A stretch of DNA of 63,941 nucleotides, filler included, from Bonamia ostreae (taxonomy: Eukaryota): the NCBI GenBank assembly GCA_040357525.1. It is 6 parts of 6 records of this genome, joined end to end, with 100 filler letters (N's around TTAATTAATTAA, not from the genome) between each part and the next. Parts side by side here need not be neighbours in the genome. Positions count along the whole stretch, not along the records: positions 1 to 11,477 come from JBDODL010000023.1; positions 11,578 to 22,689 come from JBDODL010000024.1; positions 22,790 to 33,773 come from JBDODL010000025.1; 3 more parts are not named here. One strand, written 5' to 3'. Both the position numbers and the translations under genes were made by a program. Positions 11,186-25,053 of the stretch are shown piece by piece (within the stretch, counting starts at the first letter, position 1; the number at the start of each line of letters is the position of its first letter). Under the pieces are notes generated by a model. That model searched no databases and was not told where the DNA came from. It saw only the letters and a list, made by a program, of their open reading frames with translations.

Positions 11186-11477
11186 TTCAATTTTTAATTT
11201 AATAGTTCCAAACATAAATAATACAAACCAGTTTTTCTGGTTAAATCGTATAAGAGAGTTGCCAAGCCCTGTTTTAATTTATTATAAACAAATTTTGAAT
11301 AACAAGTTTCGATAAGTTTTTACGTTGGTTGGTGCTAAATTTAATCTAGCTTGGTGATATAGTCTTTGTTGTGATCTTCGTAGCTTTGTATTTCATTGAG
11401 TATTACGAAAAGCATGCTGAATGGATAAAATATTTCCGTTTTTGATTAAATATAACGGAAACTCAGTGATTGAGAAA

Positions 11478-11577
11478 NNNNNNNNNNNNNNNNNNNNNNN
11501 NNNNNNNNNNNNNNNNNNNNNTTAATTAATTAANNNNNNNNNNNNNNNNNNNNNNNNNNNNNNNNNNNNNNNNNNNN
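11478..11577. other. Artificial contig linker (N-TTAATTAATTAA-N); also at ~22690-22789, 33774-33873, 44778-44877, 55467-55566
   Basis: Identical 100-nt spacers with a six-frame stop core. Confidence 0.98.
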
Positions 11578-14500
11578 TATTCGTCATTTTATAAAGTTTT
11601 GCAAACAATTGTTGTTCGCCATTTAAATAATAGAACTTGTTGTTACAGAACATAATCATTAAACCTGTCCAACTTCAGCGCAATCATCAGCGCACTTGTC
11701 TTCTCCGGCATTTTCTCTTTCAGATCGCCTTCTATTTACCGATAAAGTTCGCACAATCTCTTCCTCGTTCAAACCGACCGGCACCGTCAATTCTTCTTCG
11801 CCGCGAAGGTACATCTCTGCGGCACTGAAACCAGCGCTGAAACTGGAGTCGTCGTGAGATGATACAATTTCTTCTTCGAGACTTTCTTCCGAATCGCTGC
11901 GATTTTTTCTTTCCGCTGCAAAACTTGGCCTAGTCCGCTTCAACAAAGCGTCGCCCATTTTCTCCAACTCGCGCCATCCTCGATCCAACAACCATGTCAC
12001 CGCGTGCTGCATGTCGTCGTTTTCTTTTTCCAGCGCCATTTCGCAGAGTTCGATCGGAAAATGGCCCATTATTTCGACGAGACTTTCCGCCATTTCTCTG
12101 CGCTTTTGTTCTGCGGCCGATCTTCCTTTCTTCTTCGATCGCAAAGTTTGCTTCAAAAAAATTAGTAATGTTTTTGTTTTTTTGAAAATGAGAAAATATT
12201 TGTTTTTACGAAATTAGAAATATTTTTGTTTTTGCGAAAATGTGAAAATATTTTTGTTATACAAGACAAACCAGATATTCAGGACTTAAAGTGCTTTCGA
12301 AATCGAAAGCAAATTTTTCGTGTCCAAAATTGACTTCGATATGAGTGTTGCTGCTTTCTATCCAAAGAAAAGGATAATAACGAGAATTTGCTCCTTCGAA
12401 CGTCCGATTTAATTTTTCGCCGTTTTTTGTAAAATAAATTGATTTTTTTATAATGTCGTAGCCACAGCCGATAATGTCTTTCGCTCTTAAATCTTCAATT
12501 GTCAAATTTTTCGAAAATTTACCGTTATCGCCGACGTGAATTGATTTGTTGTCATGGACGATTTGGTTTGTTGAAGCACAATAAGAATACGAAAATTCGT
12601 TTCCGGGTTTCCCCTTTAATTCGGCCCCTTCGACATAGAGACCGATCGCAACTCCAAAATCGCGATTTTCGCTGATTTGGATTATTTTGGCTTCAAAATA
12701 AAAATGTTTCAGGGATTTGGGGATTAGTTGGTTTGCCCTGCAATAGCAAATGGCGTTTTCGGACGTTTTTTGGGACGCGGATAGTCGGCGCAATTTTGAG
12801 AATTTTTCAAAATTGCATTTTTTCGAATATTCAGCGTCGATGTGGGTTGGCAATTTTGCCTTGTTTTTGGAGTTTTCAAATTTGTAATAAAATCGTTTTA
12901 AATTGAGAATTTAATTAATTTTTTATTAAAATGGCAATTTTTTTTCTAAAACGACAATTTTATAATTTTTAATTAAACGACAATTTATAATTTTCAAACT
13001 TGCAAATTCTTAAACGGAGAAAATGGAATCAAATCGTCAATTTTTTCAACTTTGCCAAAACTATTCTCATTTTCAAAGATCAACTCCAAAATTCGCGTTT
13101 GAATCGCTTCCAAATATTCAAGCGAAATGTATTCGTTCAACTTTGTCGAATGCATCGCCGTTTTTACAAAAACGGGGAGAAAACCTTTCGAAGCGTCTAA
13201 AAACGCTTCCGTTCCCATTTTCGAGAGCAATTTACAAATGGATTTGATTGCACTACTGCGCAAGCGACAGAACAAAAATCGATTTTCCGAAATTTGCGAT
13301 TTTGCTAAATTGCTAAAAATTGATAAAAACAATTTTCGTCAACTACATCGCCATTTTTATTTTTGTCTTCAAAATCGGCCATCTTGGGACGCATCGAACT
13401 ACACATTGAACACATTTCAGAATGTTTTTCGTTGATGAAAGTGCAAGTCGCGCAAGACCATTTTTGAATTTTTCTTTTTTGGGATTTTCCGCGCGTGATC
13501 GAAATTTTCATTTGCTCCAAATCTTCGCCTGAATCGAGAAGGTTTTTTAAAATGGCCAAAATCGTTTTTAAAAATTTTTCGTTTTCGCTAAAATTTAAAT
13601 CGATTTCGGAAAATGGGCGTAATTTTTTGATTTCAAAATTTTCGATTATTCTGTTTCTGTTCGAGTCGAATATTATTTTGCAACTAAATTATTTAGTCAA
13701 AATTTAGTCGGTAAAATTTTGTTAAAATGGCAATTTATTTATAAAATTTTGTTAAAATGGTAATTTATTAGTAAAATTTTGTTAAAATGGCAATTTAAAA
13801 AATTTAGACGTTCCTGCCAATCTGTTGATTTCCAAAAGAGTTCCTTTTTCGTTGTTGCTTTTGCTGTTGATATTTTCAACTCTGCAGCCAATTCTAAAAA
13901 CATTGGTGTGGCCACCCAGAATGGCCAATGACGCCATTGCCATTCTAAATTTAGTCAAATCGACTTTTTCTTTTAATTCTTTTCTTGTTTTTTTATAAAT
14001 TGGTTTTTAAATTAAAAAAAATGATCAAAAAGTTAATTTTTGTTAAATAAAATTTGCAACTTTTGGTAATCGACCAATTTTGGGATTTGTTCAAGTTTTG
14101 TTACCAAAAAGTTTATGATAACAGATTTCCATTTGTTGTTACAGATCATCGATCTTACAAAGACAATATATTCAAATATCAGTTTTTGGGCGACTGCTCC
14201 CGATTTGATATGAAATTGATGATTTTCATCAGCTAAAAAATTGAATTTTTGTAAAATATCGATTTTAGAAAATTTTGTGTTTTGAAAACTTTTGTTTTTT
14301 TCGATTGACAGATTGCCAATTTTTTCCATGAAATGTTCTAAAATGAATTCGATTTTTTCTTTTAGGTTTTTTAAGTTGTTTTTTTGGTTATCTGATTTAA
14401 TACAGTTTAAAATCGAGTCGATATTTTTTGTGTCACGAACCGATTTTCGCAATATTGCCATTGATAAGTTCTTGTTCGTTATTTAAATTTTATCAATTGA

Positions 14501-17500
14501 AAATTATAAAAAACATTAGAATTTTTTAAAATTATTTATAATAAACGTCAAAATTTGTTTAAAATTAATTTAAAACGTCAAAGTTTGTTAAAAATTAATT
14601 TAAAAAATCAAATTTAGTCAGTTAAAATTTAATTAATTAAAAACCTGTAAACGAGGCGTAAACTCTTCATCAACCGTAAAAATTTTCTGTGGAAGAACGT
14701 GTTTGTACAGATTAAAATCGCTTGTCGTAAAACTAACAATGCCCAACAACTCGTACAACTTCTGCTCCACAACAAAAAAATCTAGATTAAATTTCTTTTT
14801 CTCTTCAATATTAATTTTGTCAAATTCTGTAAAATTTGCGCTTTTGTTTTTAATTTTTTGGCTAAATTTTAATATCTTTTCAAAATCCAAAAATTCGATG
14901 CATTCAGCGTTTTCGTTATCAATCATTTCCGAGTTAGATTGTGCCAAATTTTGCATTGCCAATTCGAATGCAATTTTAAGTTGTTTTGAATATTTTAAAA
15001 TTTTTTGGCTAATATTTTTGGCTAAATGTTTTTGTGTTTCGAGAAAATTTTTTGAAAGTTGTTTTGGTTTTTTCTGTTCAAAAATTTTATAATTTGAAAA
15101 TTTTTGTTTTTGGTAAAAATTCTAAAAATTAGTCAAAACCTCAAAATTGATCTGAGAAACTAATTTGAGCGAAGAACATTTGACGCAAAAATGATAAAAA
15201 GCGTTTTTTGACAATTCGGAAAAATTTCCAAAATTAGTCTTTGACCATTTCAAATCGTTCAAAATGGAAAATAATTTGGAATTTTTAAAATCGTTAAAAT
15301 TTAGTTCCATTGATAGAACTGACAATGCTGTTATTCCTATTGCGCTCGGATTTTTGCTATTTTTCTATTTTTTCAATTTTACAGTTTTTTTTTTAAATCA
15401 GAAAATTTTTGAAAATCTTTGTTTTGTCAATTTAGCAAAATTTCGAAGATTTTTATTTTGTTTTTAATAATTTAAAAATTACAAATCGCTAAAAATAAGC
15501 AAATCTTTAAATTACCTCTAAAATTTTCAAAATAAGCTCAAATAAAGCCGAAAAAGCTTTTTTAGCTTTCTCCAAATGTTCGGTTCCAGCTGCTTCGGCG
15601 TCTTTGTTCAGACGAGACAAGCATTTCCCATCAATAAATTTGGAAATGACCGTAACAGCGACTTCTTGGCGATTCGGGCAAAATGCAGATAATTCCAAAA
15701 CTTCTTTCAAAACGGTGAAAACAGCGCACCGCTTTTCAGCTCTTTTTTTGGCCGTTTTTATAAAATTGTTCAAATCTGTCACCGAGACCGCGCTTTTATA
15801 GAAACTGTCCATAATTTCAAGTTTTGTTTCTTTTCCGAAACATTGTGGAATGTTATTTGAATTTAAGACAAATGAACATTTTTTTATTATTGGATTGCAA
15901 AGTTTATTGACAATCTTTTTATTTATTGTTAATAATTTATTGTTTAAGTTTTGAACAGTTTTGATTTTTAATTTATTGTTTTAGAAGTTTTGATTTGTTT
16001 TTTAATAATTATTTATTGATAAATTTGATTTTTGTAGAGCAATTTTTGATATATTATAATAAAATTTTGTAGCGCAATTTTTTTGTTATTGATAAATTTA
16101 TTACTAAAATTTGACATTTGTAGAACAATTTTTTTATTGTTTTTATAATCAAATATTTTTAAAGAATTACCGAATCTTTGTCGATCGAGCTTATTTCGTT
16201 TTCATCAGATTCCTCTTTTAGAATGCGATGCTTTTCGTTTAAAAGAAAATTTTTCATGTCCTTCGACATATTCCAAATTTTTAACAATATTTTCGGAATT
16301 TCTTTGCTCTTTTTCTTTACAATTTAAATTTTAGTCTTATAAAAGTTAGTTTTGTGTTAAATTACTCTTTTTCTTAATTTTTCTGATTAAAATTGTTTTT
16401 TAAGTAAAATTTGCATTTTCGTTATTTTGATTTTAAAACTTTGGAAATATTTTCAGCGCAATTTATTAAATCCAAATGTTTTAAAGCCGCTGCGATATAA
16501 AAACGAACAGTTTCGTCAATTTTGCAATCTTGTACATTGTCAATAATCGAAGTTTTTGACTATATTTTAAATTATAAACATTTCTTATCATAAATTTGTG
16601 AAAATTTAAAGCTTCGGACGTTTCGTTTTTTATCAAGTTTTCGATAAATCGGCCGTTTTCAAACGAATTTTTATTGTTTATTTCAGAAAACAGTCCAAAC
16701 AACATTCTTTATATCAAAATTAAAAAAAAACTTTTTAAAGATTTTTTCATTTCCAGTTACATTGTTGCTATCCATCATGACACTACAGATTCTTCCCAGA
16801 GTAGCTGCAGCTTGTTGTCTCAGATCCCAAAGCCATGTTTTACGATATTTTGAAAGTTTGTCCATTTTAACGGCGGTAACAAAAATTTCAAAACCGGTCG
16901 AAATGTTTTCGCTGTTTTCTAGCGAATTTTTTGAGCGGATATATTTTAGCTTTATCCAATCTGATTTGAGCAAAATGGTATCTCTTGACCAAATAACGTC
17001 ATTTTCTTTCAATTCGAACAATATTTTTCCCTTTTTGTTTTCTATTTGCAACGAGTCCTTGCTTTGAAAGTTTTTTTATTTGTAAAAGACAAAAATTATA
17101 AAAAGGACAAAACGTTAAAAAAATTAAAAGAAAAATTTAAAATAAAAGAAAAAATTATAAAAAAGGACAAAATTAGAGAAAAATAAAAATTATAAAAAGA
17201 AATAATTTTAAAATGACAAAAGATTATAAAAATTTTTATTTAAAAAACGTTTCAAAATAATCAAATTGTTCCTTAAACGATAAAAGAAGATGAGATGCTC
17301 CAGAAAACTCAACAACAGTTTCATATTTTATCTCATTGTTTCTAAAGAAAGAAGGTATTTCAATGATTTTGCGCCCTCCAATTTCGCTTTTTTCTTCTAA
17401 TTTATTCGTTTTTCGTTCATTTTCAACAATTTTTGTTAATAAAAACAAAATTCTTTTCATGTCAGAGACCAATTCTTCTGTTTTTTAATATTTTGTTGTC

Positions 17501-19266
17501 AGAAAATTTTTTTAAAGATTTTATTAAACCCGCCATTTCATAGAACAATTTGGATTTCAAAGACACAAAAATAGCCAAAAGCAACAACGGCAAAATCATT
17601 TTTACGATCGATTTGTCCAAAATCGTTTGGAGTGGTCTTCGCTTATAACTTCTCAGACGTTTTTGGGATTGATGACGTTGAAAATAAAGAACTTCGGTGT
17701 CTAAAACTTTTGTAGACATATTTAGAATTGTTTTGCAGTAAATGGGAAAATATTTTATGAGAATGTTTTTATCGGAATCGGTTGCCGAAGAGATTTTTCT
17801 AAGAAAGTCTTTTTGGAGATATCGAAGAAGTTTTGTGGCTGGTTTTGTTTCTTTAAAATTTTCGAATTTAAAACAATTTACAAAATTTTCGGATTTAAAA
17901 ACAATTTGCAAAATTTTCGAGTTAAAAACAATTTTATAAAATTTTAGAGTTAAAAAACAATTTACAAAATTTTTGAATATAAAAACAATTTATAAAATTA
18001 AAAAAAAACTTCCAATAGTTTCAAAACGAGCGATATTCTTTAAGATTTCGTCGTTATCCTTTTCAACCTGTTTCAAGGTCATTTTCAACATTTCTAAACA
18101 TTCGAATCGAACGTCCTTTTCGAAAAAATTGGAGTTTGTTCTAATTTGAATCGGAATGTCGTTGCGAAAAAACCGGACCAGTTCGTTATCGTTTAGTCTC
18201 ACTAATCGGCTCATTCTCGATATCATCGCTTCAATGGAATTTCTGTGCAAAGTTGTTCCTTCGTTGTTGCTGTTATTTGCAGCATTTGCACTCGTATCGT
18301 TGTTGATGTTATTTCTTTGATGTTGTACTGCGCGTTGTAGAGCCAAAAATTGTTGCGTGAGGGAAGTGTTTTGCGTGTTGGTTCTTTCAAGTTCTTCTAC
18401 AAGTCGACGCGTTTGGGGTCTGTTTAAGCTTAAACCTGTTCTTAATGAATCTTGAAGATTTTGTTCGTTCTTTTGTTTAAGTAAAAATTTGTTATAAAAA
18501 TTCTGCTTTTTTTGTGGTTTCGAACAAAAATTTGATATAAAAATGACAAAAAAATTCCAAACCAAATCTTCTTCAGACTTTTTTGGAGCAATTAATCCGA
18601 TTTTCCCGTTAATTTCGGGCAAATCGGAAGCCATTTTTATCACCGATCGGTAAAATTTCTTGTCAAAATCCTCGCTTTTCACATCAAAAATTTGGTCGAC
18701 AAAATCTGTTTTCTCTTTCAAAATTTCTTTTTCGCTCTTTTCTTTCTTGAACTTTTTTCGAGCGACAAAATAAGCCAGAACGGACCGCTCCAAAATTTGC
18801 AATTTGCTGTTCAACCAAAAATTGTACGGATCTATTGATTTTGCGTTGGCAGAAAGTTGCTTCCGCGTTTGCCAAATGTACTTTCGAGAAAACTCGTCCA
18901 ATGTCTCGTTTGAACAAAATTCGACTTTTTCCGAATCGATTTTTCCGTTGAAAGAACTGTTCGAGTTTTTAATGTGGAAAGAGGAGAAGACGAGAAGGAT
19001 TGATTTTATTTTGTTTGAGATCGAAATGTTTTTTTCGTACGTTTTTCTATTTTAAATTTTTTTGGGTAAAATAAAAATTTTAGCAATTTTAACATTGTTT
19101 TTGAGGTGTTAATGACTCCTTCGTTGTAAAACTTCTCTAGTAATGTTGGTAAATTTTCAAAATCTTCGAAAAGCTCGTTTTCGGAAATCGAAAGAGCTTT
19201 ATAAAGGTCGTTTTGTGTGTAGTGGTAATTGATTGTGTTTTCAATTACAGAAGAATGATTTCCCAT
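11578..19266 (-). CDS. Giant multi-exon HERC/HECTD4-like protein with RanBP2 zinc finger, SPRY and UBA-like domains (3' truncated at contig end)
   Basis: N-terminal MGNHSS; WSCATCTFIN...CSMC; SPRY FYFEAKI..VAIGL..DIIGCGYD..IYFTKNG; UBA-like LVEIMGHFPIELCEMALEKENDDMQHAVTWLL; no HECT domain visible before the contig break. Confidence 0.7.
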
Positions 19267-20155
19267 TTCAATTTTATAAATGCTAAATTTCGATATTTAG
19301 AAAATTTATTTTTGGTGGTTTGAGCTTTTAATGGCAAAATTTAGTTGGTAGACGGTATCATTATATTTCGATCATTGCAAAATTTAGTTTTTTGTCTTCT
19401 CAATGAGACACGGCAAATTATAATAAGAACATTTTGATGGCATTTGATAGAGCAATGTCAAATGTTCTAAACCGATATTTTTATAAATGTCGTTTTAACG
19501 TCAATTTGATGTTAATTATTAAATTTTTATCGATTTTTTAAAGTAAAAAATTTGTCTTTGATTTTAGTACCAGAGGCTATCCAAAAATCGCTGTCAATTT
19601 ATTTGGCAAAAATAATTGTGGTTAATTGTTGATTTAGTTTTCATGGCAATTCTCAAATTCTTCAACGCAAATTCGTTTAAATTTTTGATAACATTAAATA
19701 ACTACTTTTTGGCTTTTTATGTCAATATTTTTAAAATGTTCTAAATCTAAAAAGTGCAACCGTGCACTATTTTAGAACAAACTTAGAGCATCTATCTTTA
19801 GTATTGTAACAATGCATATTGAAAAAATGTTTGCGCCAAATTTATAATATTTGATGTCAAATATAAATTCTCGTAATATTGGAATGACTTAGTGCTCTAA
19901 TCAGACTTAATATGAGCATTTTTTACTTTATATTTTGGAAGTCAAAATAATTTCTGAAGTTTTTGTGGCAGCAAATGTTCAAAATATTTTGAAGTTTTGC
20001 AAAAATATGCATATTTGCTTTTTAATGAATGTCAAAATATTCAAAATTTAAAAGCGATGTTTTGACTGAACATTCTTTAATAAAATTTTATATAAAACTA
20101 CATTTTTAGATTCCATAATTATTTTTATAAAATATTTAATTAATCGATTAGCCAC

Positions 20156-20857
20156 ATGGACGAAGTAGTGATATTTGATAAATCGCACGGAAAAAATACA
20201 ATTCCGAGAGGATCAGAAGTAATCAAACTACAAAAATTAAAAAATCGAAATAAATCGTTTGAAATTATTAGTCGAGACAATTTGTCAGATAATAAATCTT
20301 TAAAAACGATTTTGTCGAATAAAAAAAAGTTTGTTGATCTTTTAAAAATTATGTTGTAAATTTAAAAACAAAGAGTACACATTTTCAAAGAAAAATTAGC
20401 AGAAAATGTTGCGGACAAAAATAAAGGGCCTAAAAACAAAATGAATTTTAAAATCATTGGCAAAAAAATTAAAAAACTTGGAACAAAATCAGAAATGTTT
20501 CAGAAAAAAAACAAATACCACATTACGGAAGTTTCTCTTTACAACAATAAATCCGTTCCACTAGCAAAAAAAGATCTTGGGAGAAAATTAGATAATGAGA
20601 TTTTGATAGAGAAAGATTGGGCTGATTTGGAAAATGAAATTCGTTTTTTAGATAACGCGCTAAATAAGAGAAACAGAATTGTTTTTTATTGAATAAATTC
20701 GTCTGTCAAAAAATTAAAGATAAAATCTGGATGCATCGGCAACAACAAATGTGAGCTTTGCAAGTGTAAAACGAATAATTTTTATAGAATTCCTTTGATT
20801 GAAAATGTTTTTAATGTTTGCGAGCACTGCAAAGATGATTATCTGTTGGCGTTGTGA
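20156..20857 (+). CDS. Hypothetical protein with C-terminal CxxC...CxxC zinc ribbon
   Basis: Three exons; last exon CELCKCKTNNFYRIPLIENVFNVCEHCKDDY. Confidence 0.6.
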
Positions 20858-20975
20858 TAAATACTTTGCTTTTGAATAAACAATTTTCAAAGAAGATGAT
20901 ATAAAATATCTTCACGAATCGATAAAATTAGATAAAGCGATATAAACGCAAATCGATAAAATTGGATATTGAAAT

Positions 20976-21900
20976 TCAAAAAAAAGACGATGATATTTTA
21001 ATAATACAAAATGAAATAATTTCTTTTTTGTAAATATCGGTTTGCAAAACCTTTAAAATTATGAAATCAAAAAATTTTTGTATTTTTTTTGCCAAGAGCC
21101 AATAGACATTGATCAACTGAACAAAGTAGCTCGCTTCTAAATTGAGATACTTCGTTGTCTTTCGCATTCGAAACTTTCGAGTCTGTTCAAATGATTTTTT
21201 ATTTGTAAAAATAAAAACTCCAAAACTTCATTTTTCCTAATGGAATTTCACCCCTAAAATGCCATTTAGCATTTAAATAATTGTAAAAACATTTTTTCAG
21301 CATTTTGAGATTGGGAAATGTAACAAGAACTTCTGGAATGAACGTTGGTTCTCTTTGATTCACTGATTTTATCGCCAGATCAATGTAATATCCCTCGACA
21401 CTCTCAACTTTCATTACTGACAATAAAAATTCGGGCGTTCGTCCAATTAACTGGGTCATCACATAAAAAAATTTCCTCATTTTGCAAGTGCAATCTAAAA
21501 AAACTTTAGTTTAAACTGATCGTTGTCAATCATAGCACCTAATACTTTAGTTTTAACGTTTAAAACGGTTATCATAAAATTCTTGGAATAAAATATTGTA
21601 TTCATCTTTTTCTAGGGCGAAGGTTCTAATACTTCGAATTGTTCTGATATACTTTGCCTCTATTTTTGCTAGAAAAGATTTTGTTTTCTTGAAGTTCCGT
21701 TAAAGATCCTCCAAGACTTAAATAATTAAACAAATAACGCAATATTTCATCTTGAGTTTGTTTTTCATCAATCGAATCAACTTTTTTCTATTTTTAAAAC
21801 TTATTTCTAGGTGCACTATTTTGTAATTAAACAAAAAACATGCATCAGCTTCTTGAAAAATTGTTCTGTGGAATTTGCCCTTATTTGTTTAAAATTATTA
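20976..21900 (-). CDS. Hypothetical multi-exon protein (boundaries approximate)
   Basis: Successive minus-strand ORF segments bounded by GTTT...AG introns. Confidence 0.4.
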
Positions 21901-22199
21901 TTTATTTTGTGTTATTAAAGTAACTACATTATTACGTTGTGATATGTTTCTGATTTGTTTTGTACACGGAAGAAACTAAAATATTTTTCAATTAATAAAA
22001 GATGTATTTTTGGTGATTTTTACTTTAACTACAATTAAAAAATTTAAACGCGAAACGAGAAATGTAGTCGTATTTATGAAACGAGTAAAATGGTCGGGCA
22101 CTGTAAAGAAAATTTAACGCTGAGATTAGTTTTCGTCTTTTAATTTATTGGACAAAAAATTGTTTTCAGCTTTCCGACTTTTTTTGAAAACCCAATTTG

Positions 22200-22613
22200 A
22201 TGAGTTCTCCGAAAAGGGACAAACCGAGAATAGAAAATTTTATAAATTTGGATAGAGACAGAATGATAGAAGAAGAGTTTGAGAAAAGGTTTGTTCTCGA
22301 CCCATTTATAACGGAAGTGAAGAGAGAACCTCGAAATTTGGCCGAAGTAATGGACGAATGTGAAACGACTGAGGATAATCGCAACAAAGTCGATGACACC
22401 ATTTCGCCAATGGAAAAAATGGTTTTAAACTTAAAATCGTTTTAAAAGGAATTCTTAGAAACAACTCATTACAGCATGTGCGACTTCTGTGGAAAATTGA
22501 ACACCCGATTTTTGGTTTTTAGTTCGGATTTTGAAGATTTAAAAGCTTGCGAAGACTGCAAAGACGAAGTATATTTTAACAAAAAGGAAAGAAAAAATAT
22601 TTTTGGCCATTAA
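22200..22613 (+). CDS. Hypothetical protein with C-terminal CxxC...CxxC zinc ribbon
   Basis: 27-nt intron then CDFCGKLNTRFLVFSSDFEDLKACEDCKDEVY. Confidence 0.6.
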
Positions 22614-22969
22614 ATGAAATCAATTTTACAAAAATAATTATTGCAGCGGCTCTTAAATTCGGTAGATTAAAATGAACATTTGTCGAATCNNNNNNNNNNN
22701 NNNNNNNNNNNNNNNNNNNNNNNNNNNNNNNNNTTAATTAATTAANNNNNNNNNNNNNNNNNNNNNNNNNNNNNNNNNNNNNNNNNNNNTCACCGATTGT
22801 TTGACCCTAAACTATTTTTTGTTTAAAATGGAAATATTTCTCTTTTTGTAAAAAGAAAGAAACAATTGATCCTCATTTTTTACTTGTTATGGATGAAAAT
22901 ATTTGATTTTTATCATTTTTTGGTTTTTAATCATTAAATGTTTTTTTTAAATAAACATTTCAAAATAAA

Positions 22970-23908
22970 TCATTTAATCTCGCTTTTATCCAAAAATCTA
23001 ACTTTCCGAAATTTTTGATTAAAAGAATCGCTTTTGCTCTCTGCGCCATCTATCTTCCGAAACGCAAAAACTGCATAAAATCCCGCTATCTCCCAATCTT
23101 CGCTGGGAAACATCTTCGTCTTATCAATTTTCTTCGTGTTCTCAATTACTTTGTTCAAAAACAATTCCCGTGCCCAATCATTCTCTTCAAATTGCATTGT
23201 AACCGTTTCCTCGTAAAAATCGTGAAAGTTTTGGAACAGATCACATTTCAGTCCAAAACTGTCGCACAATCTCATCAATGTTTCCGGGTGCACCAGAAAC
23301 TCGTCACATTTATCAACAGAGTTTTTTAGGTGAAATTTGTATCTCAGCCCAAATTTCTTGTTCGGCGGAAATGCTAATTTTATTTTCCCGCCATTTTTGC
23401 TGTCGTTTTCGTTGTCAGAACTGTCACCGTTATCGATTTCAATTTTAAAATTCTTGTTGCCAATGCCGACTTTTCCGTTTTTCAAATTGCCTTTTGTTCT
23501 CAACGTTTTTCTATTGTCTCTTGTAAAAACATGATGACGTTGGCGTCTGGGACTGTCCCAATGAAATATCCCCCTTTTCTTAAACAGTCTGAAACGTTTT
23601 TTATTGTCTTGTGAGCCGTCTCTTCGTCCTTTTTAAAGTGTTTGGACAAGCAAATTTTTGCAAATTGGTTGAAAAAAAACTTCAAAACAATAATGTAAAG
23701 CGAACTGGCAGCTGACCAAGTCTAAAGGAATTCTGTTGTGCAGGACTTGTTTTAATGGCTTGTTAAAGCAATCCGCCACAAATAGTTCGACGAAGGGCAT
23801 GTTGATCTTCCGACCGGTCATTTCGTTCAGTAAAAAGTTGTGTCTTTTCAACGCTTCTTCAATTTCGTTTCTTGAGATGTCTTTCCGACGATTTTAAAAA
23901 GTTTAGAA
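22970..23908 (-). CDS. RNMT: mRNA cap guanine-N7 methyltransferase (5' end lost in N gap)
   Basis: VSCQFALHYCFE, LRKGGYFIGTVPDA, FGLRYKFHL..VDKCDEFLV, YAVFAFRK. Confidence 0.93.
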
Positions 23909-24008
23909 NNNNNNNNNNNNNNNNNNNNNNNNNNNNNNNNNNNNNNNNNNNNNNNNNNNNNNNNNNNNNNNNNNNNNNNNNNNNNNNNNNNNNNNNNNNN
24001 NNNNNNNN

Positions 24009-25053
24009 CATTTCCAACGTAATTTTTTGTCCGTTTCGACAAATTTTTAGCAAATTTTATTTGCTAAAAATTTTTATTTTCTGTAATATAAAACATATCA
24101 AGGAATAGAAGAACAAGTTTTTTCGACCGCTTCGGGTCTCCTTGCTTGCGGCGTCGACCCAGAGAAATCTATTTTGTTCAGACAATCCGATGTTTGGCTA
24201 TAAATTGTAAAAAGGTGACCGGCCATAACTACCTCGCAACGCTGTTCTCAAAATTCGCCAGCAAATCGAAACTCAAATCGATGACTCAATACAAAACGCA
24301 GTTAAAACAAGAAGCTAATTTTGGGCTCTTGTGCTATCCTTTATTGCAAGCAGCAGACATTCTGGCTTATAATCCGACGCATGTGCCGGTCGGACCAGAC
24401 CAAAAACAACACGTCGAATTGACTCGCTCAATCGCCAGAAACGCCAACTCCGTTTTGACAAATCGCAATCTGAAACCATTTTTTAATGTGCCCGAAGCTA
24501 TAATTAGCAAAGTCCGGATCATGTCGCTAACTAATGGCGTGAAGAAAATGTCGAAATCTGATGAGAACACTAACTCGAGAATAAATCTGGACGATTCTGA
24601 AACTGATATTTGCAGCAAAATTGAGAATTCTCTAAATCTGGCTAGAGAAAACAATAACTTTAAACAGGTCTTCCAAAACTTGTTTCAAATCGTTGAGTTT
24701 TTTGAAACACTAGTTTTTGTATACAGCGCAAAAACGAATTTAAGTAAATTTTGTAACACATTAAATCGGCCATTTTAATATTATTAAATCGGTTTAATAT
24801 TATGTAAAGAGGTCTGATTGAAGACGAAGACACAAAAGAAAGAACTCTGAGACGCATTCGAACAAGCGAAAATTTTGCAACCGACTTTTCCGCTGTCATT
24901 GCCAGGAAATTGAAGCCACTCAGAGAAAAATGCAGATTTTATTCAAGGAATAGACAAGCGGTGGAGAAAGCGCTTAAAAGCGGAGCCGAAGAAGCGTCAA
25001 AGATTTGCCGCGAAAATTTGAGCGATTTTGAAAAAATAAATTTTCATTTATAA
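24009..25053 (+). CDS. WARS2: Mitochondrial/bacterial-type tryptophanyl-tRNA synthetase (5' end lost in N gap)
   Basis: YPLLQAADIL, VPVGPDQKQHVELTRSIA, RIMSL...KMSKS. Confidence 0.92.

Noticed and set aside
11478-11577. Recurrent TTAATTAATTAA within N runs
   Set aside because: Artificial contig linker; gene adjacency across linkers has no biological meaning
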